This document shows, piece by piece, positions 53,301-64,000 of a stretch of 64,000 nucleotides of DNA; the stretch's first letter is position 1, and every line of letters starts with the position of its first letter. The position numbers were made by a program, and so were the translations under genes. Source of the stretch: Auanema rhodensis (lineage: Eukaryota > Animalia > Nematoda). The notes under the pieces were generated by a model. It ran no database searches. It had not been told where the DNA came from and was given only the letters and a program-made list of their open reading frames with translations. The stretch is from positions 19,344,001 through 19,408,000 of the forward strand of contig OZ059900.1 in the NCBI GenBank assembly GCA_964057225.1, read 5' to 3'.

Positions 53301-55923
53301 TTGCATTTGACGACTCATATGAACAAAAATCGATTTAATCAATATTAGCCATAAGGGTCGTGCCCTCAGAATATGCTTATTTCCTTAATTTTCTAACCCC
53401 TGTTTTTTTGTCGTGAAAGTGGAACTAGACGTTGTAGGAACAGTTTTGAGCTAGGTTTCATTGACATTGCATGAGTTTGAACACATGAAATCGTAAGTCA
53501 AAACCTTGTTTACAGCGAAATTTCCAAAAAGTGGGTTTCCAGCATAATAAAATATTTCTCATGGGAAATACTGTGTTTTTGTATTTTTCTAGTGTTCAGC
53601 ATGTAAAATGCTTCATTTTAGTATGTAACACGCTGAAATTCGTTGCATTTGACGACTCATATGAACAAAAATCGATTTAATCAATATTAGCCATAAGGGG
53701 CGTGCCCTCAGAATATGCTAATTTCCTAAATTTTCTAACCCCTGTTTTTTTGTCGTGAAAGTGGAACTAGACGTTGTAGGAACAATTTTGAGCTAGGTTT
53801 CATTGACATTGCATGAGTTTGAACACATGAAATCGTAAGTCAAAACCTTGTTTACAGCGAAATTTCCAAAAACTGGTTTTCCAGCATAATAAAATATTTC
53901 TCATGGGAAATACTGTGTTTTTGTACTTTTCTAGTGTTCAGCATGTAAAATACTTCATTTTAGTATGTAACACGCTGAAATTCGTTGCATTTGACGACTC
54001 ATATGAACAAAAATCGATTTAATCAATATTAGCCATAAGGGGCGTGCCCTCAGAATATGCTAATTTCCTAAATTTTCTAACCCCTGTTTTTTTGTCGTGA
54101 AAGTGGAACTAGACGTTGTACGAACAATTTTGAGCTAGGTTTCATTGACATTGCATGAGTTTGAACACATGAAATCGTAAGTCATAACCTTGTTTACAGC
54201 GAAATTTCCAAAAACTGGTTTTCCAGCATAATAAAATATTTCTTATGGGAAATACTGTGTTTTTGTATTTTTCTAGTGTTCAGCATGTAAAATACTTCAT
54301 TTTAGTATGTAACACGCTGAAATTCGTTGCATTTGACGACTCATATGAACAAAAATCGATTTAATCAATATTAGCCATAAGGGGCGTGCCCTCAGAATAT
54401 GCTAATTTCCTTAATTTTCTAACCCCTGTTTTTTTGTCGTGAAAGTGTAACTAGACGTTGTACGAACAATTTTGAGCTAGGTTTCATTGACATTGCATGA
54501 GTTTGAACACATGAAATCGTAAGTCAAAACCTTGTTTACAGCGAAATTTCCAAAAACTGGTTTTCCAGCATAATAAAATATTTCTTATGGGAAATACTGT
54601 GTTTTTGTATTTTTCTAGTGTTCAGCATGTAAAATACTTCATTTTAGTATGTAACACGCTGAAATTCGTTGCATTTGACGACTCATATGAACAAAAATCG
54701 ATTTAATCAATATTAGCCATAAGGGGCGTGCCCTCAGAATATGCTAATTTCCTAAATTTTCTAACCCCTGTTTTTTTGTCGTGAAAGTGGAACTAGACGT
54801 TGTACGAACAGTTTTGAGCTAGGTTTCATTGACATTGCATGAGTTTGAACACATGAAATCGTAAGTCAAAACCTTGTTTACAGCGAAATTTCCAAAAACT
54901 GGTTTTCCAGCATAATAAAATATTTCTCATGGGAAAAACTGTGTTTTTGTATTTTTCTAGTGTTCAGCATGTAAAATGCTTCATTTCAGTATGTAACACG
55001 CTGAAATTCGTTGCATTTGACGACTCATATGAACAAAAATCGATTTAATCAATATTAGCCATAAGGGGCGTGCCCTCAGAATATGCTAATTTCCTTAATT
55101 TTCTAACCCCTGTTTTTTTGTCGTGAAAGTGGAACTAGACGTTGTACGAACAATTTTGAGCTAGGTTTCATTGACATTGCATGAGTTTGAACACATGAAA
55201 TCGTAAGTCAAAACCTTGTTTACATCGAAATTTCCAAAAACTGGTTTTCCAGCATAATAAACAATTTCTTATGGGAAATACTGTGTTTTTGTATTTTTCT
55301 AGTGTTCAGCATGTAAAATACTTCATTTTAGTATGTAACACGCTGAAATTCGTTGCATTTGACGACTCATATGAACAAAAATCGATTTAATCAATATTAG
55401 CCATAAGGGGCGTGCCCTCAGAATATGCTAATTTCCTAAATTTTCTAACCCCTGTTTTTTTGTCGTGAAAGTGGAACTAGACGTTGTACGAACAGTTTTG
55501 AGCTAGGTTTCATTGACATTGCATGAGTTTGAACACATGAAATCGTAAGTCAAAACCTTGTTTACAGCGAAATTTCCAAAAACTGGTTTTCCAGCATAAT
55601 AAAATATTTCTCATGGGAAATACTGTGTTTTTGTATTTTTATAGTGTTCAGCATGTAAAATGCTTCACTTTAGTATGTAACACGCTGAAATTCGTTGCAT
55701 TTGACGACTCATATGAACAAAAATCGATTTAATCAATATTAGCCATAAGGGTCGTGCCCTCAGAATATGCTTATTTCCTTAATTTTCTAACCCCTGTTTT
55801 TTTGTCGTGAAAGTGGAACTAGACGTTGTAGGAACAGTTTTGAGCTAGGTTTCATTGACATTGCATGAGTTTGAACACATGAAATCGTAAGTCAAAACCT
55901 TGTTTACAGCGAAATTTCCAAAA
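47374..55923 (-). repeat. 7-monomer (2394-bp) higher-order repeat, three copies interrupted by a 4-monomer block
   Basis: The marker AGTGGGTTT occurs at about 47374, 49768, 51136, 53530 and 55924 (spacings 2394, 1368, 2394, 2394). GTCATAACC occurs at 48025, 51787 and 54181. Confidence 0.85.
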
Positions 55924-58900
55924 AGTGGGTTTCCAGCATAATAAAATATTTCTCATGGGAAATACTGTGTTTTTGTATTTTTCTAGTGTTCAGCATGTAA
56001 AATGCTTCATTTTAGTATGTAACACGCTGAAATTCGTTGCATTTGACGACTCATATGAACAAAAATCGATTTAATCAATATTAGCCATAAGGGGCGTGCC
56101 CTCAGAATATGCTAATTTCCTTAATTTTCTAACCCCTGTTTTTTGTCGTGAAAGTGGAACTAGACGTTGTAGGAACAATTTTGAGCTAGGTTTCATTGAC
56201 ATTGCATGAGTTTGAACACATGAAATCGTAAGTCAAAACCTTGTTTACAGCGAAATTTCCAAAAACTGGTTTTCCAGCATAATAAAATATTTCTCATGGG
56301 AAATACTGTGTTTTTGTACTTTTCTAGTGTTCAGCATCTAAAATACTTCATTTTAGTATGTAACACGCTGAAATTCGTTGCATTTGACGACTCATATGAA
56401 CAAAAATCGATTTAATCAATATTAGCCATAAGGGGCGTGCCCTCAGAATATGCTAATTTCCTAAATTTTCTAACCCCTGTTTTTTTGTCGTGAAAGTGGA
56501 ACTAGACGTTGTACGAACAATTTTGAGCTAGGTTTCATTGACATTGCATGAGTTTGAACACATGAAATCGTAAGTCATAACCTTGTTTACAGCGAAATTT
56601 CCAAAAACTGGTTTTCCAGCATAATAAAATATTTCTCATGGGAAATACTGTGTTTTTGTATTTTTCTAGTGTTCAGCATGTAAAATACTTCATTTTAGTT
56701 TGTAACACGCTGAAATTCGTTGCATTTGACGACTTATATGAACAAAAATCGATTTAATCAATATTAGCCATAAGGGGCGTGCCCTCAGAATATGCTAATT
56801 TCCTAAATTTTCTAACCCCTGTTTTTTTGTCGTGAAAGTGGAACTAGACGTTGTACGAACAATTTTGAGCTAGGTTTTATTGACATTGCATGAGTTTGAA
56901 CACATGAAATCGTAAGTCAAAACCTTGTTTACAGCGAAAATTCCAAAAACTGGTTTCCAGCATAATAAAATATTTCTCATGGGAAATACTGTGTTTTTGT
57001 ATTTTTCTAGTGTTCAGCATGTAAAATGCTTCATTTAAGTATGTAACACGCTGAAATTCGTTGCATTTGACTACTCATATGAACAAAAATCGATTTAATC
57101 AATATTAGCCATAAGGGGCGTGCCCTCAGAATATGCTAATTTCCTTAATTTTCTAACCCCTGTTTTTTTGTCGTGAAAGTGGAACTAGACGTTGTACGAA
57201 CAATTTTGAGCTAGGTTTCATTGACATTGCATGAGTTTGAACACATGAAATCGTAAGTCAAAATCTTGTTTACAGCGAAATTTCCAAAAACTGGTTTTCC
57301 AGCATAATAAAATATTTCTTATGGGAAATACTGTGTTTTTGTATTTCTCTAGTGTTCAGCATGTAAAATACTTCATTTTAGTATGTAACACGCTGAAATT
57401 CGTTGCATTTGACGACTCATATGAACAAAAATCGATTTAATCAATATTAGCCATAAGGGGCGTGCCCTCAGAATATGCTAATTTCCTTAATTTTCTAACC
57501 CCTGTTTTTTTGTCGTGAAAGTGGAACTAGACGTTGTACAAACAGTTTTGAGCTAGGTTTCATTGACATTGCATGAGTTTGAACACATGAAATCGTAAGT
57601 CAAAACCTTGTTTACAGCGAAATTTCCAAAAACTGGTTTTCCAGCATAATAAAATATTTCTCATGGGAAAAACTGTGTTTTTGTATTTTTCTAGTGTTCA
57701 GCATGTAAAATGCTTCATTTTAGTATGTAACACGCTGAAATTCGTTGCATTTGACGACTCATATGAACAAAAATCGATTTAATCAATATTAGCCATAAGG
57801 GGCGTGCCCTCAGAATATGCTAATTTCCTTAATTTTCTAACCCCTGTTTTTTGTCGTGAAAGTGGAACTAGACGTTGTACGAACAATTTTGAGCTAGGTT
57901 TCATTGACATTGCATGAGTTTGAACTCATGAAATCGTAAGTCAAAACCTTGTTTACAGCGAAATTTCCAAAAACTGGTTTTCCAGCATAATAAAATATTT
58001 CTCATGGGAAATACTGTGTTTTTGTACTTTTCTAGTGTTCAGCATGTAAAATACTTCATTTTAGTATGTAACACGCTGAAATTCGTTGCATTTGACGACT
58101 CATATGAACAAAAATCGATTTAATCAATATTAGCCATAAGGGGCGTGCCCTCAGAATATGCTAATTTCCTAAATTTTCTAACCCCTGTTTTTTTGTCGTG
58201 AAAGTGGAACTAGACGTTGTACGAACAATTTTGAGCTAGGTTTCATTGACATTGCATGAGTTTGAACACATGAAATCGTAAGTCATAACCTTGTTTACAG
58301 CGAAATTTCCAAAAACTGGTTTTCCAGCATAATAAAATATTTCTCATGGGAAATACTGTGTTTTTGTATTTTTCTAGTGTTCAGCATGTAAAATACTTCA
58401 TTTTAGTTTGTAACACGCTGAAATTCGTTGCATTTGACGACTTATATGAACAAAAATCGATTTAATCAATATTAGCCATAAGGGGCGTGCCCTCAGAATA
58501 TGCTAATTTCCTAAATTTTCTAACCCCTGTTTTTTTGTCGTGAAAGTGGAACTAGACGTTGTACGAACAATTTTGAGCTAGGTTTTATTGACATTGCATG
58601 AGTTTGAACACATGAAATCGTAAGTCAAAACCTTGTTTACAGCGAAAATTCCAAAAACTGGTTTCCAGCATAATAAAATATTTCTCATGGGAAATACTGT
58701 GTTTTTGTATTTTTCTAGTGTTCAGCATGTAAAATGCTTCATTTAAGTATGTAACACGCTGAAATTCGTTGCATTTGACTACTCATATGAACAAAAATCG
58801 ATTTAATCAATATTAGCCATAAGGGGCGTGCCCTCAGAATATGCTAATTTCCTTAATTTTCTAACCCCTGTTTTTTTGTCGTGAAAGTGGAACTAGACGT

Positions 58901-61900
58901 TGTACGAACAATTTTGAGCTAGGTTTCATTGACATTGCATGAGTTTGAACACATGAAATCGTAAGTCAAAATCTTGTTTACAGCGAAATTTCCAAAAACT
59001 GGTTTTCCAGCATAATAAAATACTTCTTATGGGAAATACTGTGTTTTTGTATTTCTCTAGTGTTCAGCATGTAAAATGCTTCATTTTAGTATGTAACACG
59101 CTGAAATTCGTTGCATTTGACGACTCATATGAACAAAAATCGATTTAATCAATATTAGCCATAAGGGGCGTGCCCTCAGAATATGCTAATTTCCTTAATT
59201 TTCTAACCCCTGTTTTTTGTCGTGAAAGTGGAACTAGACGTTGTACGAACAATTTTGAGCTAGGTTTCATTGACATTGCATGAGTTTGAACTCATGAAAT
59301 CGTAAGTCAAAACCTTGTTTACAGCGAAATTTCCAAAAACTGGTTTTCCAGCATAATAAAATATTTCTCATGGGAAAAACTGTGTTTTTGTATTTTTCTA
59401 GTGTTCAGCATGTAAAATGCTTCATTTTAGTATGTAACACGCTGAAATTTGTTGCATTTGACGACTCATATGAACAAAAATCGATTTAATCAATATTAGC
59501 CATAAGGGGCGTGCCCTCAGAATATGCTAATTTCCTTAATTTTCTAACCCCTGTTTTTTTGTCGTGAAAGTGGAACTAGACGTTGTAGGAACAATTTTGA
59601 GCAAGGTTTCATTGACATTGCATGAGTTTGAACACATGAAATCGTAAGTCAAAACCTCGTTTACAGCGAAATTTCCAAAAACTGGTTTTCCAGCATAATA
59701 AAATATTTCTCATGGGAAATACTGTGTTTTTGTATTTTTCTAGTGTTCAGCATGTAAAATGCTTCATTTTAGTATGTAACACGCTAAAATTCGTTGCATT
59801 TGACGACTCATATGAACAAAAATCGATTTAATCAATATTAGCCATAAGGGGCGTGCCCTCAGAATATGCTAATTTCCTTAATTTTCTAACCCCTGTTTTT
59901 TTGTCGTGAAAGTGGAACTAGACGTTGTACGAACAATTTTGAGCTAGGTTTCATTGACATTGCATGAGTTTGAACACATGAAATCGTAAGTCAAAACCTT
60001 GTTTACAGCGAAATTTCCAAAAACTGGTTTTCCAGCATAATAAAATATTTCTCATGGGAAATACTGTGTTTTTGTATTTTTATAGTGTTCAGCATGTAAA
60101 ATGCTTCATTTTAGTATGTAACACGCTGAAATTCGTTGCATTTGACGACTCATATGAACAAAAATCGATTTAATCAATATTAGCCATAAGGGGCGTGCCC
60201 TCAGAATATGCTAATTTCCTTAATTTTCTAACCCCTGTTTTTTTGTCGTGAAAGTGGAATTAGACGTTGTAGGAACAATTTTGAGCTAGGTTTCATTGAC
60301 ATTGCATGAGTTTGAACACATGAAATCGTAAGTCAAAACCTTGTTTACAGCGAAATTTCCAAAAACTGGTTTTCCAGCATAATAAAATATTTCTCATGGG
60401 AAATACTGTGTTTTTGTATTTTTCTAGTGTTCAGCATGTAAAATGCTTCATTTTAGTATGTAACACGCTGAAATTCGTTGCATTTGACGACTCATATGAA
60501 CAAAAATCGATTTAATCAATATTAGCCATAAGGGGCGTGCCCTCAGAATATGCTAATTTCCTTAATTTTCTAACCCCTGTTTTTTGTCGTGAAAGTGGAA
60601 CTAGACGTTGTAGGAACAATTTTGAGCTAGGTTTCATTGACATTGCATGAGTTTGAACACATGAAATCGTAAGTCAAAACCTTGTTTACAGCGAACTTTC
60701 CAAAAACTGGTTTTCCAGCATAATAAAATATTTCTCATGGGAAATACTGTGTTTTTGTATTTTTCTAGTGTTCAGCGTGTAAAATGGTTCATTTTAGTAT
60801 GTAACACGCTGAAATTCGTTGCATTTGACGACTCATATGAACAAAAATCGATTTAATCAATATTAGCCATAAGGGGCGTGCCCTCAGAATATGCTAATTT
60901 CCTTAATTTTCTAACCCCTGTTTTTTTGACGTGAAAGTGGAATTAGACGTTGTAGGAACAATTTTGAGCTAGGTTTCATTGACATTGCATGAGTTTGAAC
61001 ACATGAAATCGTAAGTCAAAACCTTGTTTACAGCGAAATTTCCAAAAACTGGTTTTCCAGCATAATAAAATATTTCTCATGGGAAATACTGTGTTTTTGT
61101 ATTTTTATAGTGTTCAGCATGTAAAATGCTTCATTTTAGTATGTAACACGCTGAAATTCGTTGCATTTGACGACTCATATGAACAAAAATCGATTTAATC
61201 AATATTAGCCATAAGGGGCGTGCCCTCAGAATATGCTAATTTCCTTAATTTTCTAACCCCTGTTTTTTTGTCGTGAAAGTGGAATTAGACGTTGTAGGAA
61301 CAATTTTGAGCTAGGTTTCATTGACATTGCATGAGTTTGAACACATGAAATCGTAAGTCAAAACCTTGTTTACAGCGAAATTTCCAAAAACTGGTTTTCC
61401 AGCATAATAAAATATTTCTCATGGGAAATACTGTGTTTTTGTATTTTTCTAGTGTTCAGCATGTAAAATACTTCATTTTAGTATGTAACACGCTGAAATT
61501 CGTTGCATTTGACGACTCATATGAACAAAAATCGATTTAATCAATATTAGCCATAAGGGGCGTGCCCTCAGAATGTGCTAATTTCCTTAATTTTCTAACC
61601 CCTGTTTTTTTGTCGTGAAAGTGGAATTAGACGTTGTAGGAACAATTTTGAGCTAGGTTTCATTGACATTGCATGAGTTTGAACACATGAAATCGTAAGT
61701 CAAAACCTTGTTTACAGCGAACTTTCCAAAAACTGGTTTTCCAGCAAAATAAAATATTTCTCATGGGAAATACTGTGTTTTTGTATTTTTATAGTGTTCA
61801 GCATGTAAAATGCTTCATTTTAGTATGTAACACCCTGAAATTCGTTTCATTTGACGACTCATATGAACAAAAATCGATTTAATCAATATTAGCCATAAGG

Positions 61901-64000
61901 GGCGTGCCCTCAGAATATGCTAATTTCCTAAATTTTCTAACCCCTGTTTTTTTGTCGTGAAAGTGGAACTAGACGTTGTACGAACAATTTTGAGCTAGGT
62001 TTCATTGACATTGCATGAGTTTGAACACATGAAATCGTAAGTCAAAACCTTGTTTACAGCGAAATTTCCAAAAACTGGTTTTCCAGCATAATAAAATATT
62101 TCTCATGGGTAAAACTGTGTTTTTGTATTTTTCTAGTGTTCAGCATGTAAAATGCTTCATTTTAGTATGTAACACGCTGAAATTCGTTGCATTTGACGAC
62201 TCATATGAACCAAAATCGATTTAATCAATATTAGCCATAAGGGGCGTGCCCTCAGAATATGCTAATTTCCTAAATTTTCTAACCCCTGTTTTTTTGTCGT
62301 GAAAGTGGAACTAGACGTTGTAGGAACAATTTTGAGCTAGGTTTCATTGACATTGCATGAGTTTGAACACATGAAATCGTAAGTCAAAACCTTGTTTACA
62401 GCGAAATTTCCAAAAACTGGTTTTCCAGCATAATAAAATATTTCTCATGGGAAATACTGTGTTTTTGTATTTTTCTAGTGTTCAGCATGTGAAATACTTC
62501 ATTTTAGTATGTAACACGCTGAAATTCGTTGCATTTGACGACTCATATGAACAAAAATCGATTTAATCAATATTAGCCATAAGGGGCGTGCCCTCAGAAT
62601 ATGCTAATTTCCTTAATTTTCTAACCCCTGTTTTTTTGTCGTGAAAGTGGAATTAGACGTTGCAGGAACAATTTTGAGCTAGGTTTCATTGACATTGCAT
62701 GAGTTTGAACACATGAAATCGTAAGTCAAAACCTTGTTTACAGCGAAATTTCCAAAAACTGGTTTTCCAGCATAATAAAATATTTCTCATGGGAAATACT
62801 GTGTTTTTGTATTTTTATAGTGTTCAGCATGTAAAATGCTTCATTTTAGTATGTAACACGCTGAAATTCGTTGCATTTGACGACTCATATGAACAAAAAT
62901 CGATTTAATCAATATTAGCCATAAGGGGCGTGCCCTCAGAATATGCTAATTTCCTTAATTTTCTAACCCCTGTTTTTTTGTCGTTAAAGTGGAATTAGAC
63001 GTTGTAGGAACAATTTTGAGCTAGGTTTCATTGACATTGCATGAGTTTGAACACATGAAATCGTAAGTCAAAACCTTGTTTACAGCGAAATTTCCAAAAA
63101 CTGGTTTTCCAGCAAAATAAAATATTTCTCATGGGAAATACTGTGTTTTTGTATTTTTATAGTGTTCAGCATGTAAAATGCTTCATTTTAGTATGTAACA
63201 CCCTGAAATTCGTTTCATTTGACGACTCATATGAACAAAAATCGATTTAATCAATATTAGCCATAAGGGGCGTGCCCTCAGAATATGCTAATTTCCTAAA
63301 TTTTCTAACCCCTGTTTTTTTGTCGTGAAAGTGGAACTAGACGTTGTACGAACAATTTTGAGCTAGGTTTCATTGACATTGCATGAGTTTGAACACATGA
63401 AATCGTAAGTCAAAACCTTGTTTACAGCGAAATTTCCAAAAACTGGTTTTCCAGCATAATAAAATATTTCTCATGGGTAAAACTGTGTTTTTGTATTTTT
63501 CTAGTGTTCAGCATGTAAAATGCTTCATTTTAGTATGTAACACGCTGAAATTCGTTGCATTTGACGACTCATATGAACCAAAATCGATTTAATCAATATT
63601 AGCCATAAGGGGCGTGCCCTCAGAATATGCTAATTTCCTAAATTTTCTAACCCCTGTTTTTTTGTCGTGAAAGTGGAACTAGACGTTGTACGAACAATTT
63701 TGAGCTAGGTTTCATTGACATTGCATGAGTTTGAACACATGAAATCGTAAGTCAAAACCTTGTTTACAGCGAAATTTCCAAAAACTGGTTTTCCAGCATG
63801 ATAAAATATTTCTCATGGGAAATACTGTGTTTTTGTATTTTTCTAGTGTTCAGCATGTGAAATACTTCATTTTAGTATGTAACACGCTGAAATTCGTTGC
63901 ATTTGACGACTCATATGAACAAAAATCGATTTAATCAATATTAGCCATAAGGGGCGTGCCCTCAGAATATGCTAATTTCCTTAATTTTCTAACCCCTGTT

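Larger units (their letters stand above)
5443..64000 (-). repeat. Same 342-bp satellite in reverse-complement orientation (~170 monomers, runs off the right edge)
   Basis: From 5443 the sequence TTTCATTTTAGTATGTAACACGCTG... is the reverse complement of the monomer at 1-342. It continues with a 341-343 bp period and I saw no non-satellite insertion. Confidence 0.99.

Noticed and set aside
1-64000. CRISPR array or other repeat-spacer system
   Set aside because: There are no unique spacers: the entire 342 bp is repeated. No cas or other genes are present.

Overview
The whole 64 kb window is one AT-rich tandem satellite array (about 34.5% GC by my count of monomer 1-342). It holds roughly 186 highly homogeneous copies of a 342-bp monomer, typical of eukaryotic (peri)centromeric heterochromatin. 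I found no credible genes, RNA genes, transposons or CRISPR arrays; the eight ORFs are by-products of a 72-bp internal duplication in four variant monomers. The main structures are: (1) a strand switch at about 5443 where rare variants sit in exact mirror register on both sides, pointing to a fold-back inverted duplication with a microhomology junction; (2) a monomer packed with dyad symmetries, several of which are perfected by recurring variants; (3) structural variants (72-bp duplication, 13-bp insertion, inversion spacer) that all map to the same ~90-bp part of the monomer; (4) a patchwork of local nascent higher-order repeats (3-, 4-, 5-, 7-, 9/10- and 12-mers), with the variant set turning over along the array. 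The organism and any centromere function cannot be determined from the sequence alone.
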